A stretch of 64,000 nt of DNA, taken from contig NW_003314326.1 in the NCBI RefSeq assembly GCF_000143415.4, forward strand, positions 248,001 through 312,000, in the 5' to 3' direction. Made by a program: the position numbers and the translations under genes. The notes under the pieces were generated by a model. The model ran no database searches. It saw only the letters and a program-made list of their open reading frames with translations, and was not told where the DNA came from. This document shows positions 12,060 through 22,577 of the stretch, one piece after another; the first letter of the stretch is position 1, and each line of letters starts with the position of its first letter. This DNA comes from Selaginella moellendorffii. Lineage: Eukaryota > Plantae > Lycopodiophyta.

Positions 12060-12990
12060 TCGTTCCCCTTCCAAAGCCGTTGATCGGATAAATTCTCCTT
12101 CAGTCATGATGTACAAAAACATTGCACCCTACGAGAGAAGCTTGGGAACCGCAGAACCTGAGCCTCATGTACATGAGTGTGTCCCTGATCTTGACGACGA
12201 CCTCTTGGTTTCTATACTTTGCTCGCACCGCCACCACGGAGTAGTTGGCGTTTCCCTCACGATGCAGCGGCAGCATGCGCATAAAACTTGTACCCGTCTG
12301 TCACCACGTTTTCGACAATCTTGCGTGCATCCACAAGGTCGCAGAGCCCGTAGACGGTTCTCAAGTCTTCCATAACTGGCACAGAGTCGAACTTGAGCAA
12401 CTCGCTCCTCGCCATCTTCTTCCGCTCCTACTTCCTCGCCACATCGATTACAAAACCAAACGCCTTCAGCGGGTTCTGCATCGCAGGCGAAACCAGCAAC
12501 GAGTGCCTGCTCGCTCTTCGGCACAGCCACGAAGAATTGAAGTTTGTCATCACCCCGGTTCGAGCTCCAGTAACTTCCATGTAGTTGAAGCACTCTGTCT
12601 GGCAAGTTGAAGAAGCCGAGCAAGATCAGCAACACTGGAATGCCATTCCGGGTCACGCACCTGGCAATGGTGTGCGAGTCCAAAAATCTATATACCTAGG
12701 AGGAAACAATTCACCATGGAGATGAGGTAGTCCCCTTGGCCTAGAGCAAGGAACGATGTAAAGTCTCGTCTAGCAGGATTTCTATGACCCAGTCCTCCAC
12801 GCGATATGACTACCAATTTGTCAAGCGCATATAGCGGCTTGAAGATACACTTCTCTTTGACAATCCCATGGACTTCGGGATAGGCAATTTGCATGGACTG
12901 CTTGAGACTCACAACCGGAAGCCAGTCATTGAACGCCTTCAACACCGTGACGATCTCCGAAGATATTGCTCTCGCTTGCGCCAAAACACT
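12060..12990 (-). pseudogene. Frameshifted restriction-endonuclease-fold + protein kinase (Crinkler/CR-type) gene remnant
   Basis: Across frames: EVHGIVKEKCIFKPL...GQGDYLI; CFNYMEVTGARTGVMTNFNSSWLCRR...LLVSP; then kinase N-lobe-like RAKYRNQEVVVKIRD, HEAQVLR and LYIMTE. Stops and frameshifts are present. Confidence 0.5.
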
Positions 12991-13274
12991 TTTAACCTAA
13001 ACAAAATCCAGGGACGAATTTCAATCGCCATGGGGTTTGTCCAGTGTGGAAGCGTCAGAAGCTCTCATTTAAAATGCTGCGATGAGATTGCCATGTAATG
13101 GCCGTGCCGGGCGTGGATCGTGGGATTCTGATGGTTGTCACACTTGATCCACAGGTGTTTGTGAAGATGCCATGTCCAGTGTCACGGGGGTGATGAAGCT
13201 CGAGATTTCAAGTGGGAGAGATGGTGAGCATTAAAGGTTTCTTTCGCCCTGTTGCTCCCTCAGTAAACTATGCT

Positions 13275-13410
13275 TGGCATGGGCATCTTGCGGAAAACAT
13301 CTCTCGCTTTTGCCATATACCTGCTATGAAGGAACCATAAGAGTACAGATCATGACATCCTTCTCGGGCATTCCAAGGAAACAATCACAAACTTGAATGA
13401 TTGCCGTTCC
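13275..13410 (-). repeat. Inverted, diverged duplicate of an internal segment (~14232-14390) of the adjacent PPR gene
   Basis: GGCATCTTGCGGAAAACATCTCTCGCTTTTGCCATATAC and TGACATCCTTCTCGGGCATTCCAAGGAAA match the reverse complement of PPR coding sequence at 14275-14387. Confidence 0.88.
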
Positions 13411-13610
13411 TAGACAGCTATCCTGTTTTGGACGCTCTCCCATGGAGCAAACTCTTCTATGTTTCAAGGGACTGGAGCTTGAGCTTCGTGAGCAGGAGGG
13501 AGCAGGGAGTAATCAGGCTAGAAATCGGCGTAGTGCTTCAGCTTGAAATCTCACTAGGATATAAGGTCATTCAAAGCCTATTTAAATTAGCATATTCATG
13601 GAACAATTTC

Positions 13611-15506
13611 ATGCTAAAGAACTTGCATGCTCTACTTCTCTCGAGCTCTGAGTATAGACACGACAAGAAGCTTTTCAGCCAGTTGATCCGTGTGTACGGA
13701 AGATGTGGCCGCCTTGCGTGTGCCCTGGAGGTGTTTCGAGCACTACCAGAGCACAATATCTTCTCTTGGAACAACATGATGCAAGCATATGCCCAGAATG
13801 GCTATCAAGAAAAAGCGCGAGGGTTTTTCGATCGCATGCCGCGGAGAGATACTGTTGCGTGGACGACAATGCTAGGGGCTTACGCGCTCAAGGGTTTCGT
13901 GGCGGACGCCAGGAAGGTCTTTTTGGACATGCCCGAGAAAAACTTGGTTGCGTGGAATGCAATGTGTCAAGCATATGCCGCGAATGGGTACCTTGAGGAG
14001 ACAAAGATGGTGTTGGAGAGGACTCCTCAGACGGACTTTGTGACTTGGACAATGCTTATTACTGTTTATGCACAGAATGGCGATATCGGAGAGGCAAAGT
14101 TGGTGTTTGATACAATGCCGGAGCGCAACGAGGTGTCATGGAACGCAATGGTGACCGCAAATGCCCAGAAAGGACGTATCGATGCCGCTAAGCTGCTCGT
14201 AGAGAAAATGCCTTTGGTGAGTCTCATTGTGTGGAACGCAATCATTCAAGGCTCCGAAGTTTGTGATGCGGAGAATTTTTTCCTTGGAATGCCCGAGAAG
14301 GATGTCATATCTTGGACTCTCATGGTTCCTAGATACGCAAAGAGTGGGTATATGGCAAAAGCGAGAGATATTTTCCGCAAGATGCCAGTGCGAAGTGTAG
14401 TTTCATGGACAGCAATGCTGGTGGCATATGCCGGGAGCAACAACTTGGCGATGGCGAAAAAAACCTTCGATGCTATGCCGGAGAGAAACCATGTCTCGTG
14501 GAACGCGTTGCTCCAGGGCTATGGAGCGGCCGGGCATGGCACCGAATTGAGGATGACGTTTGAAAAGATGCCCCTCAAAACAATGTCGAGTGTGACGGTG
14601 GTGATGGAGTTCGAGGCGAAAATGGGAGAGATGGTGGAGGCTAAGCAAGTGTTTGATGATAATGGGATTGGTGAATCAAGCGTGGTTTCGTGGACAACCA
14701 TGGTGGTGGCTCACGCTCACCGGGGCGATATCGAGCAAGCTAAGAGCCTCTTTGACGAAATACCCGAGAAGGACATGGTTGCCTGGAACACCATGGTCCA
14801 CCTCTATGCCCAGCACGGGCATTACATGCTCGAGGCCAAAACCACCTTCGATCTCATCCCCCGGCGTGATGTAGTCTCGTGGAACACCCTGCTCATTGGA
14901 TATGCGAACAATGGCGATCTCGCCGCAGCTCTCAAAGTTTTCCACACCATGCCAATGAGAGACACGGTTTCCTGGAACGCCACGGTGACCATCTACGCAT
15001 CCAGTGGATTCATGGAAGAAGCTCGCGAGATCTTTGAGCAAATTCCCGGGAGCAACAACACCATAACCTGGGACGTGATGCTCGAGGCCTACACCGCGCG
15101 GGGCCTGGGAGAAGAAGCTCTTGAGCTCTTCCGGCTCATGGCCGTGGAAGGCATCCGTCCCGATGAGGCGGCGTTCGTGAGCATCTTGAACTCGTGTAGC
15201 CACCTCGGGCTCCTGGCAGAAGCTCGGCTCCAATTCCAGTCCATGAGCCAAGACCACGGCCTGGTGCCTGCGAGGGAGCATTACTGCTGCGTGGTGGACA
15301 TTCTGGGCCGCTCCGGCCGGATGGGCGATGCGGAAGAGCTTTTAAAAGCCATGCCTTTTGTTCCGGACGAGGTGGTGTGGGCCTCCTTCCTCAACTCGTG
15401 CAGGATCCACAGTGATTTGGAGCGCGGGGGCCGAGCTGCCAAGCTCAGCTCCAATGACGCCAGCCACTATCTTCTCTTGGCGACCAATTTTTCCACAATA
15501 TCTTGA
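13611..15506 (+). CDS. PLS-class pentatricopeptide repeat protein with E1/truncated E2 extension, no DYW domain
   Basis: Many 31-aa repeats (VSWNAM..AYAQ.G....A...F..MP) and C-terminal EHYCCVVDILGRSG...MPFVPDEVVWASFLNSCRIH. First in-frame ATG at 13611; intronless. Confidence 0.92.
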   Translation: MLKNLHALLLSSSEYRHDKKLFSQLIRVYGRCGRLACALEVFRALPEHNIFSWNNMMQAYAQNGYQEKARGFFDRMPRRDTVAWTTMLGAYALKGFVADARKVFLDMPEKNLVAWNAMCQAYAANGYLEETKMVLERTPQTDFVTWTMLITVYAQNGDIGEAKLVFDTMPERNEVSWNAMVTANAQKGRIDAAKLLVEKMPLVSLIVWNAIIQGSEVCDAENFFLGMPEKDVISWTLMVPRYAKSGYMAKARDIFRKMPVRSVVSWTAMLVAYAGSNNLAMAKKTFDAMPERNHVSWNALLQGYGAAGHGTELRMTFEKMPLKTMSSVTVVMEFEAKMGEMVEAKQVFDDNGIGESSVVSWTTMVVAHAHRGDIEQAKSLFDEIPEKDMVAWNTMVHLYAQHGHYMLEAKTTFDLIPRRDVVSWNTLLIGYANNGDLAAALKVFHTMPMRDTVSWNATVTIYASSGFMEEAREIFEQIPGSNNTITWDVMLEAYTARGLGEEALELFRLMAVEGIRPDEAAFVSILNSCSHLGLLAEARLQFQSMSQDHGLVPAREHYCCVVDILGRSGRMGDAEELLKAMPFVPDEVVWASFLNSCRIHSDLERGGRAAKLSSNDASHYLLLATNFSTIS

Positions 15507-15636
15507 TCTGAGCACCACCATTTCGACTGTGTTGACAGAGCTCCTCGAAGCTTGGAGGGCGAGGAAGGGGATGTAGCTCAGATGTAGGGCAATCGCTTCG
15601 CATGCGATAGGTAAGGGGATCGATGCCACAGGGAGG

Positions 15637-15661
15637 GAGAGAGAGAGAGAGAGAGAGAGAG
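15637..15661. repeat. (GA)n microsatellite
   Basis: Direct reading. Confidence 0.9.
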
Positions 15662-16249
15662 TGGCTTTGATCATCTTAGTGAATGAGTAGCGATTGAGAA
15701 TTTCGCATCCGTTTTGGTTTGTTGTCATCAACAATTTTACGGTCAAAGATTTTAGGGGCATCCGTACGCCCCGCCTGAAAGGAATTGAACTGGTGTCATG
15801 GTTCCTACACACCTGGTCACACTCCATCTAGTCTATGGAGTTGGGTCCTTGCATTGATCAATTGGAAGAATGTTCAATTGATCCTTGTAGTTTGTGATTT
15901 GCTACCACAAGTGGAATTACACAAGATCATGAGATCTCTCATTCATTTGCCACTGAAGCTTGATCATGCAATGGAGGGTGACAAACAAACGAGGACAAAG
16001 GGACAGCAGTCTAGTGATCAATCATGAGAGCAATGTTGTGAGACTTGATGACAATTAGGCTTATATATAACAAGACAAGATGGGATTGATCCCAATGCTC
16101 CTACGGGCGTGCCAAAAGGATTTCAAAGGAGTGGTGATGAAGGACGTGAGACTAACCAGGCAGAAGGTGGTAGTGGCATACAAGATGTTACTTAGCACAC
16201 AATTATACTCATCTCATTTCAATCTCAACTCCAATAATGTCAATATCAC

Positions 16250-18100
16250 AATATCGCCTCAATGTTATCAACATTAGAACAAAGTTAAAAGAAAGCAAGA
16301 GTGAATCACCATTTAAAACTCTCTAGCAACCAAGGTTGAAGATACTTTATTTAGTATCCAAGATCAATTCTTCAACTTCTCAGCTATAGATAACACACTA
16401 TTAAAAAGTGAATCATTACATCCAAGGCTTAATATAATCCAACGGTGTGTTTAGTCCAGTGGTTGACATGATATCAATAGAGGTGGAACCAATATGCAAA
16501 AATGGAAAAACTATAAAAGCCCAAGAACATGATTCTTTGTAATAATATCTGGTAAGTAAGCCTATCATTGCTAAATCATTATTAAGCTAAGTAAGTGCTA
16601 GTAATCCTCAACAAAGCCTATAAATAATCACTAGTTGTAAAACAACCAAACACTAAACTCATATCATTAAGTTATATACTTGTCTAACAAGAAAATAACA
16701 CACTAGGTACAACATATAAAAACTTTGACAAGTATAAATAAAATGACCACTCAAATCCAATCTAACTATGATAAGCTCACTAACATGTCCAACTAACAGC
16801 TTTGATCATAATTGAATAGGCTAACTGTGCATAATCAAAACCCAATTGAAATTAAAGTGAAGATTATGAGATAGATTTACACGGTATACAACTTCTTAAT
16901 AAACAAGGCTTCAATATAGGTATTAACATCTCAACTGTAAAAAACTAAGTTGGACATCACTATCCTTAACTAGGGTATAGGGCCACTAAAAGTTCACTAC
17001 TCTTATAAAATTTAACAAAATGCAAAGTGCAACATGCCATTAAATATAATATACAAAAGAAAAATACAAATGTCATTTTTCTAGAAAAGCACAACAACTA
17101 CTTTTCTACACTAATACCAGACTTTATCCAACTTAATTGCCTTAACCCCAAAAGTTAACATTCCTCAAACTGCATCATACAAACTACTTACTAAAGTTTA
17201 AGCCAACCAAAGTCAAATCTAACCCTTTCACTAACTTGCAATGGCTCATAAAAATAAAATGGTTTCCAAGCAAAATGATCAATAAACTAACCATTGAAAA
17301 AGTCTAAAAAAAATTTTGGAAATTTTTCCATCTTAAAGAAAGAATGACTCAACTAATTCCTCTTACCTACAACATCATATCAGTTCACTTTAACACAAAT
17401 TCTTATGACATAATAAAATATATAAGCATCTACCAAAATGCCCATATACTTGATATCAAATATTGATATCCACAAAAATGCAAAATAAACATCCAAGATT
17501 GGATCACAAAGACCATATCTTTTGATATCCATATTGCACTAACACTTTTGTTTAATCACTTTCAAGATTAAATGTGAAGCCAAAACATTAATAAAAAAAA
17601 TGATAAGTTCTAAAGATAATTCCCCATCACTCGATTCCATTAATATAAGTGTTAACAATATCAATATCTCAACTACACACTTTCTCCATTTAACACTTGG
17701 AGTAGTTCAAGTGTTAATAGATCCACTAATAAGCTACAACAAATAAATGTTATAACCTTCTCAAAACTCAATATGTAACTCTCAAGAAACCAAGATACCA
17801 ACTTAAATTTAGCATAATGAATTACCATAGAGAACCAAGTCAAATTTACTTTAATGCTACTATTTGCAAGTAGACTAGCTTCTTTATCAACCACTTTGGG
17901 GTTGATCATCATTTGATCAAGCAACTTCGTAAATCATATGGATATGATATAAATATCACAATGACTTAACCATCAATTGAGTAACATCACAAGCAACACC
18001 AATGTCACTATTACAAAGATTTACGTGAATAACAAAATACAACATAATGTTACACCCCATCAATAGAGTTACAATAGTTAACACTACTAACTTTTGTTCA
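16250..18100 (-). mobile_element. Heavily decayed, AT-rich retrotransposon remnant (probably Ty1/copia pol)
   Basis: No intact ORF, strong CpG depletion and only weak RT-like fragments on the minus strand. Confidence 0.35.
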
Positions 18101-18239
18101 CAACACAGATAAACTCATGCCACTCTCTATCAAACCAAACTCAAAACTAATCCAATATTAAGTTATTCAAGGAATAATAGCAAAGTTCCTTGGAAAAGAA
18201 TAAAGTATTATAACCCAAGCTTTCCAATAGTAAGTTTGA

Positions 18240-18637
18240 GTTTAAGTACTAATATAGATCATGGGGTGAAAGCCCAAATAGATTGTCCCCCATACGGGGG
18301 GGGTTGGGTGGGGGGTTGTAGGGGCTTTTAAAAGTATAGTAAAGATAGTGAAGTTAAAGACTTAGTCTTGAAAAAACCTTCCAATAATACTTCCAAATCG
18401 AGTTGAGGCTAGAATTGGGGGTTGGTAGCTTTGGGTGGGAGTAAGGATAAACTTGGGGTGTGCCAAAGAAGCTCTTTAAAGAAGTGTTCAAGAACAACTC
18501 TTACTCATAGAAAGGCAACTAACTGACAATGCTCTCGGCTCATATGAAGTGATGCCCCACTTGAGTAGTATAAGGCTCATTGGTCCTTGCCCCTTTCTAG
18601 GGGCTTGGGCCTTCCCTTTGGGATGGAGGTGGGGAGT
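18240..18637. mobile_element. Repeat (probable LTR) split by the chromovirus insertion; continues at ~35546
   Basis: The sequence joined across the GGAGT TSD (...GGAGGTGGGGAGT|TGAGGTACCCATAC) matches the reverse complement of the uninterrupted copy at ~58340-58680. Confidence 0.7.
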
Positions 18638-19869
18638 TGTAGTGCACCTAAATTGCAGGAGCTAAACTAATGTCTCAGATGGTCAGACATGCATTCTAAC
18701 CACTATCCCTACTATATATTTGAAACCCCTCATAGCGCCCCCCCCCCCCCCCCCCCCCCTTGAGGAACACACACTTTGGGCTTTCAGCCCAAGCCTCCCT
18801 TAGTACCAAGAGTTAATCTTTGGGATAAGCTTAAAACTTACTAAATATGAAATGTCCTTATATTGTGAATTTAGACACGGGACAAACACCATTGTGTTCA
18901 AGACAATCTCTACATTCTGTAGATATGCCAAATGAGTAAATCTAAACACTTTCCATAATTAGCATTTGGGACTGAAAAAAGAGCATGATAGCAAGGGTGT
19001 TTGGCAGACACGGTAAGCTATCATACAGTGATATTGAGGGACTAGACTCAATACATGAGGGTTCTTGTCACTAGCCAATGCAAGACATAATGAGATGGGA
19101 ACTCCTTACTGGGCTAAATATGCTTAACTAATAGCATGTAGGAATTCTGTCCTTATGCTTGTCCAGTCTAAGTACACTCGAAATGCCTAGTTAACTCCAC
19201 TAGCACAAGAGGGGTTACCAAAGGGATCCAGCTGTACTGACCTCCTACCATCATGGTAGTCAAGAAAGAGTGTCCATAAGGATTTGCTGACAAGTATATT
19301 TTGATATCCGAAGTCACATTTGCGACACTCTCCCCCCCTTGGGGAAGATTGACGTCCTCGTCAATGCATACCTAAGTTTAGTAAACTGTTAAGGCCAAAG
19401 ACATTAAGACTCAAACACCCTCCGGCCGTCACTGACAAGGAAATGACTAACGGAGTTAGCCACCTTTGCTGCTCCAAGTACCACTCGGCTTACAAAGGAA
19501 TAATACATCCCTGCCTACAGGGACATAGGGAGAAGGCCAAAGGCCCAACTTCCCCTGAGCAAGAAATCAATCCCGTCGGGAAGATTTAGACAACTATTAT
19601 AAACTAGCAAATGAAGTTGTTTACACGACCATGCCCTTTTTTCAAGAATGAGTTATCGAGAGAGAGGTGGGGACCTGTGATCAGTCTATAATAATTATCC
19701 CCATGGTTATGGATTGGACCCATGCACCGAAGTGCCGAAGTCAACCTGCCAAAATTGACCCCAGTATTAACAAACGAGAGAGACAAAGCTTTGATTTATA
19801 GAAATTTATTACTTTATTGATTTGTAAGATTTATTACAAAGTTTACAAAAGCTAGTCTTTATTACTATT

Positions 19870-20030
19870 TTCATACTCTATGACAAGCTCACGAGCATGT
19901 GTAAGATTCCTAAGAGGTTCCCAAGTTGATTCACAAGTCAGGTAACCTTTCCATTTAACTAGATATTCCTTCGCATGAGCCCGTCTCTGAAATCGAGAAT
20001 CCAAGATAGTTTCAACTTTGTATTATAGTT
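19870..20030 (-). other. Chromodomain at the integrase C-terminus of the chromovirus
   Basis: YKVETILDSRFQRRAHAKEYLVKWKGYLTCESTWEPLRNL. Confidence 0.88.
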
Positions 20031-21949
20031 CACCATCCACAATGTCTGGTGGCGGACAAATCTCCCCATGTCGTGCAACATCTATAGTGTAAGGAGCCAA
20101 ATAGATTGGCATGAAATACATTATGAATATTGGACATCTCTGCAAGAAGATCCAATTGATAGGATACATCACCATTTCATTTCAATACCCAATAGGGTCC
20201 AACATATCTCAATAACAGCTTTCGAGACAAAGGTTCCTTAATGTTCAAGTTCCAAGAAGATAGCCACACATGATCTCCCATTTGATAGGATACATCCTGA
20301 CGATGCTGATCTTTATCACATTGATACCTATCCTTAGCTTTGCCCGTCGCCTCAGTAGCTCTAGACCAACCTTGGCGTAGCTGCTTTGCATAAGTCTCAA
20401 TGGCCGGGACCAACACTTCAGACATTAGTTTTAGTACAACAATCTATTAAGGCACCCCACGAACATTCCTTTGCAACATCTCCCATGGAGAACAGCCAAT
20501 AGTGCTGTGAAATGTGTTGTTATAACAAATTTCTACTGTGTCCAAATGCTCAACCCTGTTACATTGGTCTGCCACAACATAGTACCGCAAATAATCCTCA
20601 ACTTGAGTATTCATATGTTCGGCTTGCCTATCAGTTTGAGGATGATAAGCCATACTAAACTTCAATTTGGTACCAAACAGCTGGAATAGTGTGCCCCAAA
20701 ACTTCCCCATAAACCTTAAATCTCTATCCGAGATCATCTCTTTAGGAAGACCACAAACCCACACTACTTCATGGAAAAAGAGCTTTGTTGCTTATTTCAC
20801 ATTCACTGTTTCCATAGTTGGAATGAAGTGTGCAATTTTCAACAACTAATCCACAACCACCATCAAAGTATCATAACCCTTAGACTTCGGCAAGCAAATG
20901 ACGAAATTAAGTGTCACACTTTGAAATGGCTATGCTAATGCATTGCAACTTTTCAGCCTGCTTCTTAGTCTATGTTTACATTGCTGGCATATAGGGCAAA
21001 AATGGACACAATCCGCTACATCACCTTCCATACCAAACTAAAAAAATCCCCTTTTCAACGAAGCCAAAGTCTTTCACTTTCCACCATGTCCCATTGCTAG
21101 AACATCATGATGTTCCCGCAAAAACAACTGTTGTAGATCCTTAGAGGGAAGATACAATCTTTCTTGTTTATAGAATATAAGCCCATCTCAAACTGAGAAG
21201 TGCAACTTTGCATTGGTTCAATTAGCAACTTTCACCACTTCACTACCAGGATGCTGCTTCGACAACTCTGCACGGTGCAAGATTGCCTTTGCCAATGGAT
21301 CACTTCCATACAAAACCTGAACATCCTCCAACCAGTCCAAACTGATTGCCGATATTGCCCGGAACTGAGCCTGACGACTCAATGCATCCGGAACAATACT
21401 GTCTTTACTAGGTTTATATATGATTTCAATATCATATCTAGCAAGCTTCTCTTGCTAACGAGCCTGCTTCAGCGTAAACTTAGGCTGTGTAGCAAAGTAG
21501 CTCAGTGTGTTACTATGTTTATAAACCTTGGTGTGTCCACCCAAGTAGTGTCTCCAGTGTTCCAGTGCCGACACTATAGCAAACATCTCTTTCTCATGCA
21601 TTGGCCATCTTCATTGAGTTTCATCCAATTTCTTGGAATAGAACGCAACGAGACAAACATGTCGTTTTAGCGTAACACCAACTACTTTGTCACAATCTTG
21701 CTGTAACATGGCACTATGAGACACAAAATCCCTAGGCCCCAAAGTGGAGCCGAAAGGGTGCCACGTGGTAATGGCCGAAGCAAAAGCCAAACGAGCGTAA
21801 CATGTTTGGACTAAAAGGCTCCGACTTGAGAGGTTGAGCGCAGGAGTGGAACTCCCAACGGAGTGCTCAAAGAATGAGCATGAAGCGAGCAATAAGCGAG
21901 GCTCCAAAAAGGGGACCCAAAAGGACCAACATATGACACATGGAAGTGT

Positions 21950-22428
21950 TCGAGATGGACCCGAAGTGGAGTCCGAGATAGACCCGAAGTGGAGTCCGAG
22001 ATAGACCCGAAGTGGAGTCCGAGGTGGAGTCCAAGATGGAGTCCGAGGTGGACCAAAACGGAGTCCGAGATGGAGTCCGAGGTGGACCGAGACGGAGTCC
22101 GAGATGAAGTCTGAGATGGAGTCCGAAATGGAGTCCGAGGTGGACCGAGACGGAGTCCGAGATGGAGTCCGAGATGGAGTCCGAGGTGGACCGAGACGGA
22201 GTCCGAGATGGAGTCCGAAATGGAGTCCGAGGTGGACCGAGATGGAGTCCGAGATGGAGTCCGAGGTGGACTGAGACGGAGTCCGAGATGGAGTCCGAGG
22301 TGGACCAAGACGAAGTCCGAGATGGAGTCCGAGATGGAGTCCGAGGTGGACCGAGATGGAGTCCGAGATGGACCCAAGATGGAATCTGAGATGGAATCCG
22401 AGAAGGACCCGAGATGGAGTCCGAGGTT

Positions 22429-22486
<58 letters not shown>

Positions 22487-22577
22487 TCGGGACCGAGACC
22501 GAGACCGAGGCCGAGGCCGAGGCCAAGTCCGGGTCCGAGTCCAAGTCCGAGTCCGAGTCCGAGTCCGAGTCCGAGTC
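21950..22577 (+). repeat. CpG-rich tandem array inside the 5' LTR (GGAGTCCGAGAT 12-mers, GAGACC and CCGAGT hexamers), ~630 bp
   Basis: Direct reading. Confidence 0.95.

Noticed and set aside
13401-13610. N-terminal extension of the PPR ORF
   Set aside because: It starts at TTG and overlaps the inverted fragment; the first ATG is at 13611.
21950-22577. CRISPR-like appearance of the regular repeats
   Set aside because: No unique spacers, no cas genes and a eukaryotic context; it is a minisatellite.
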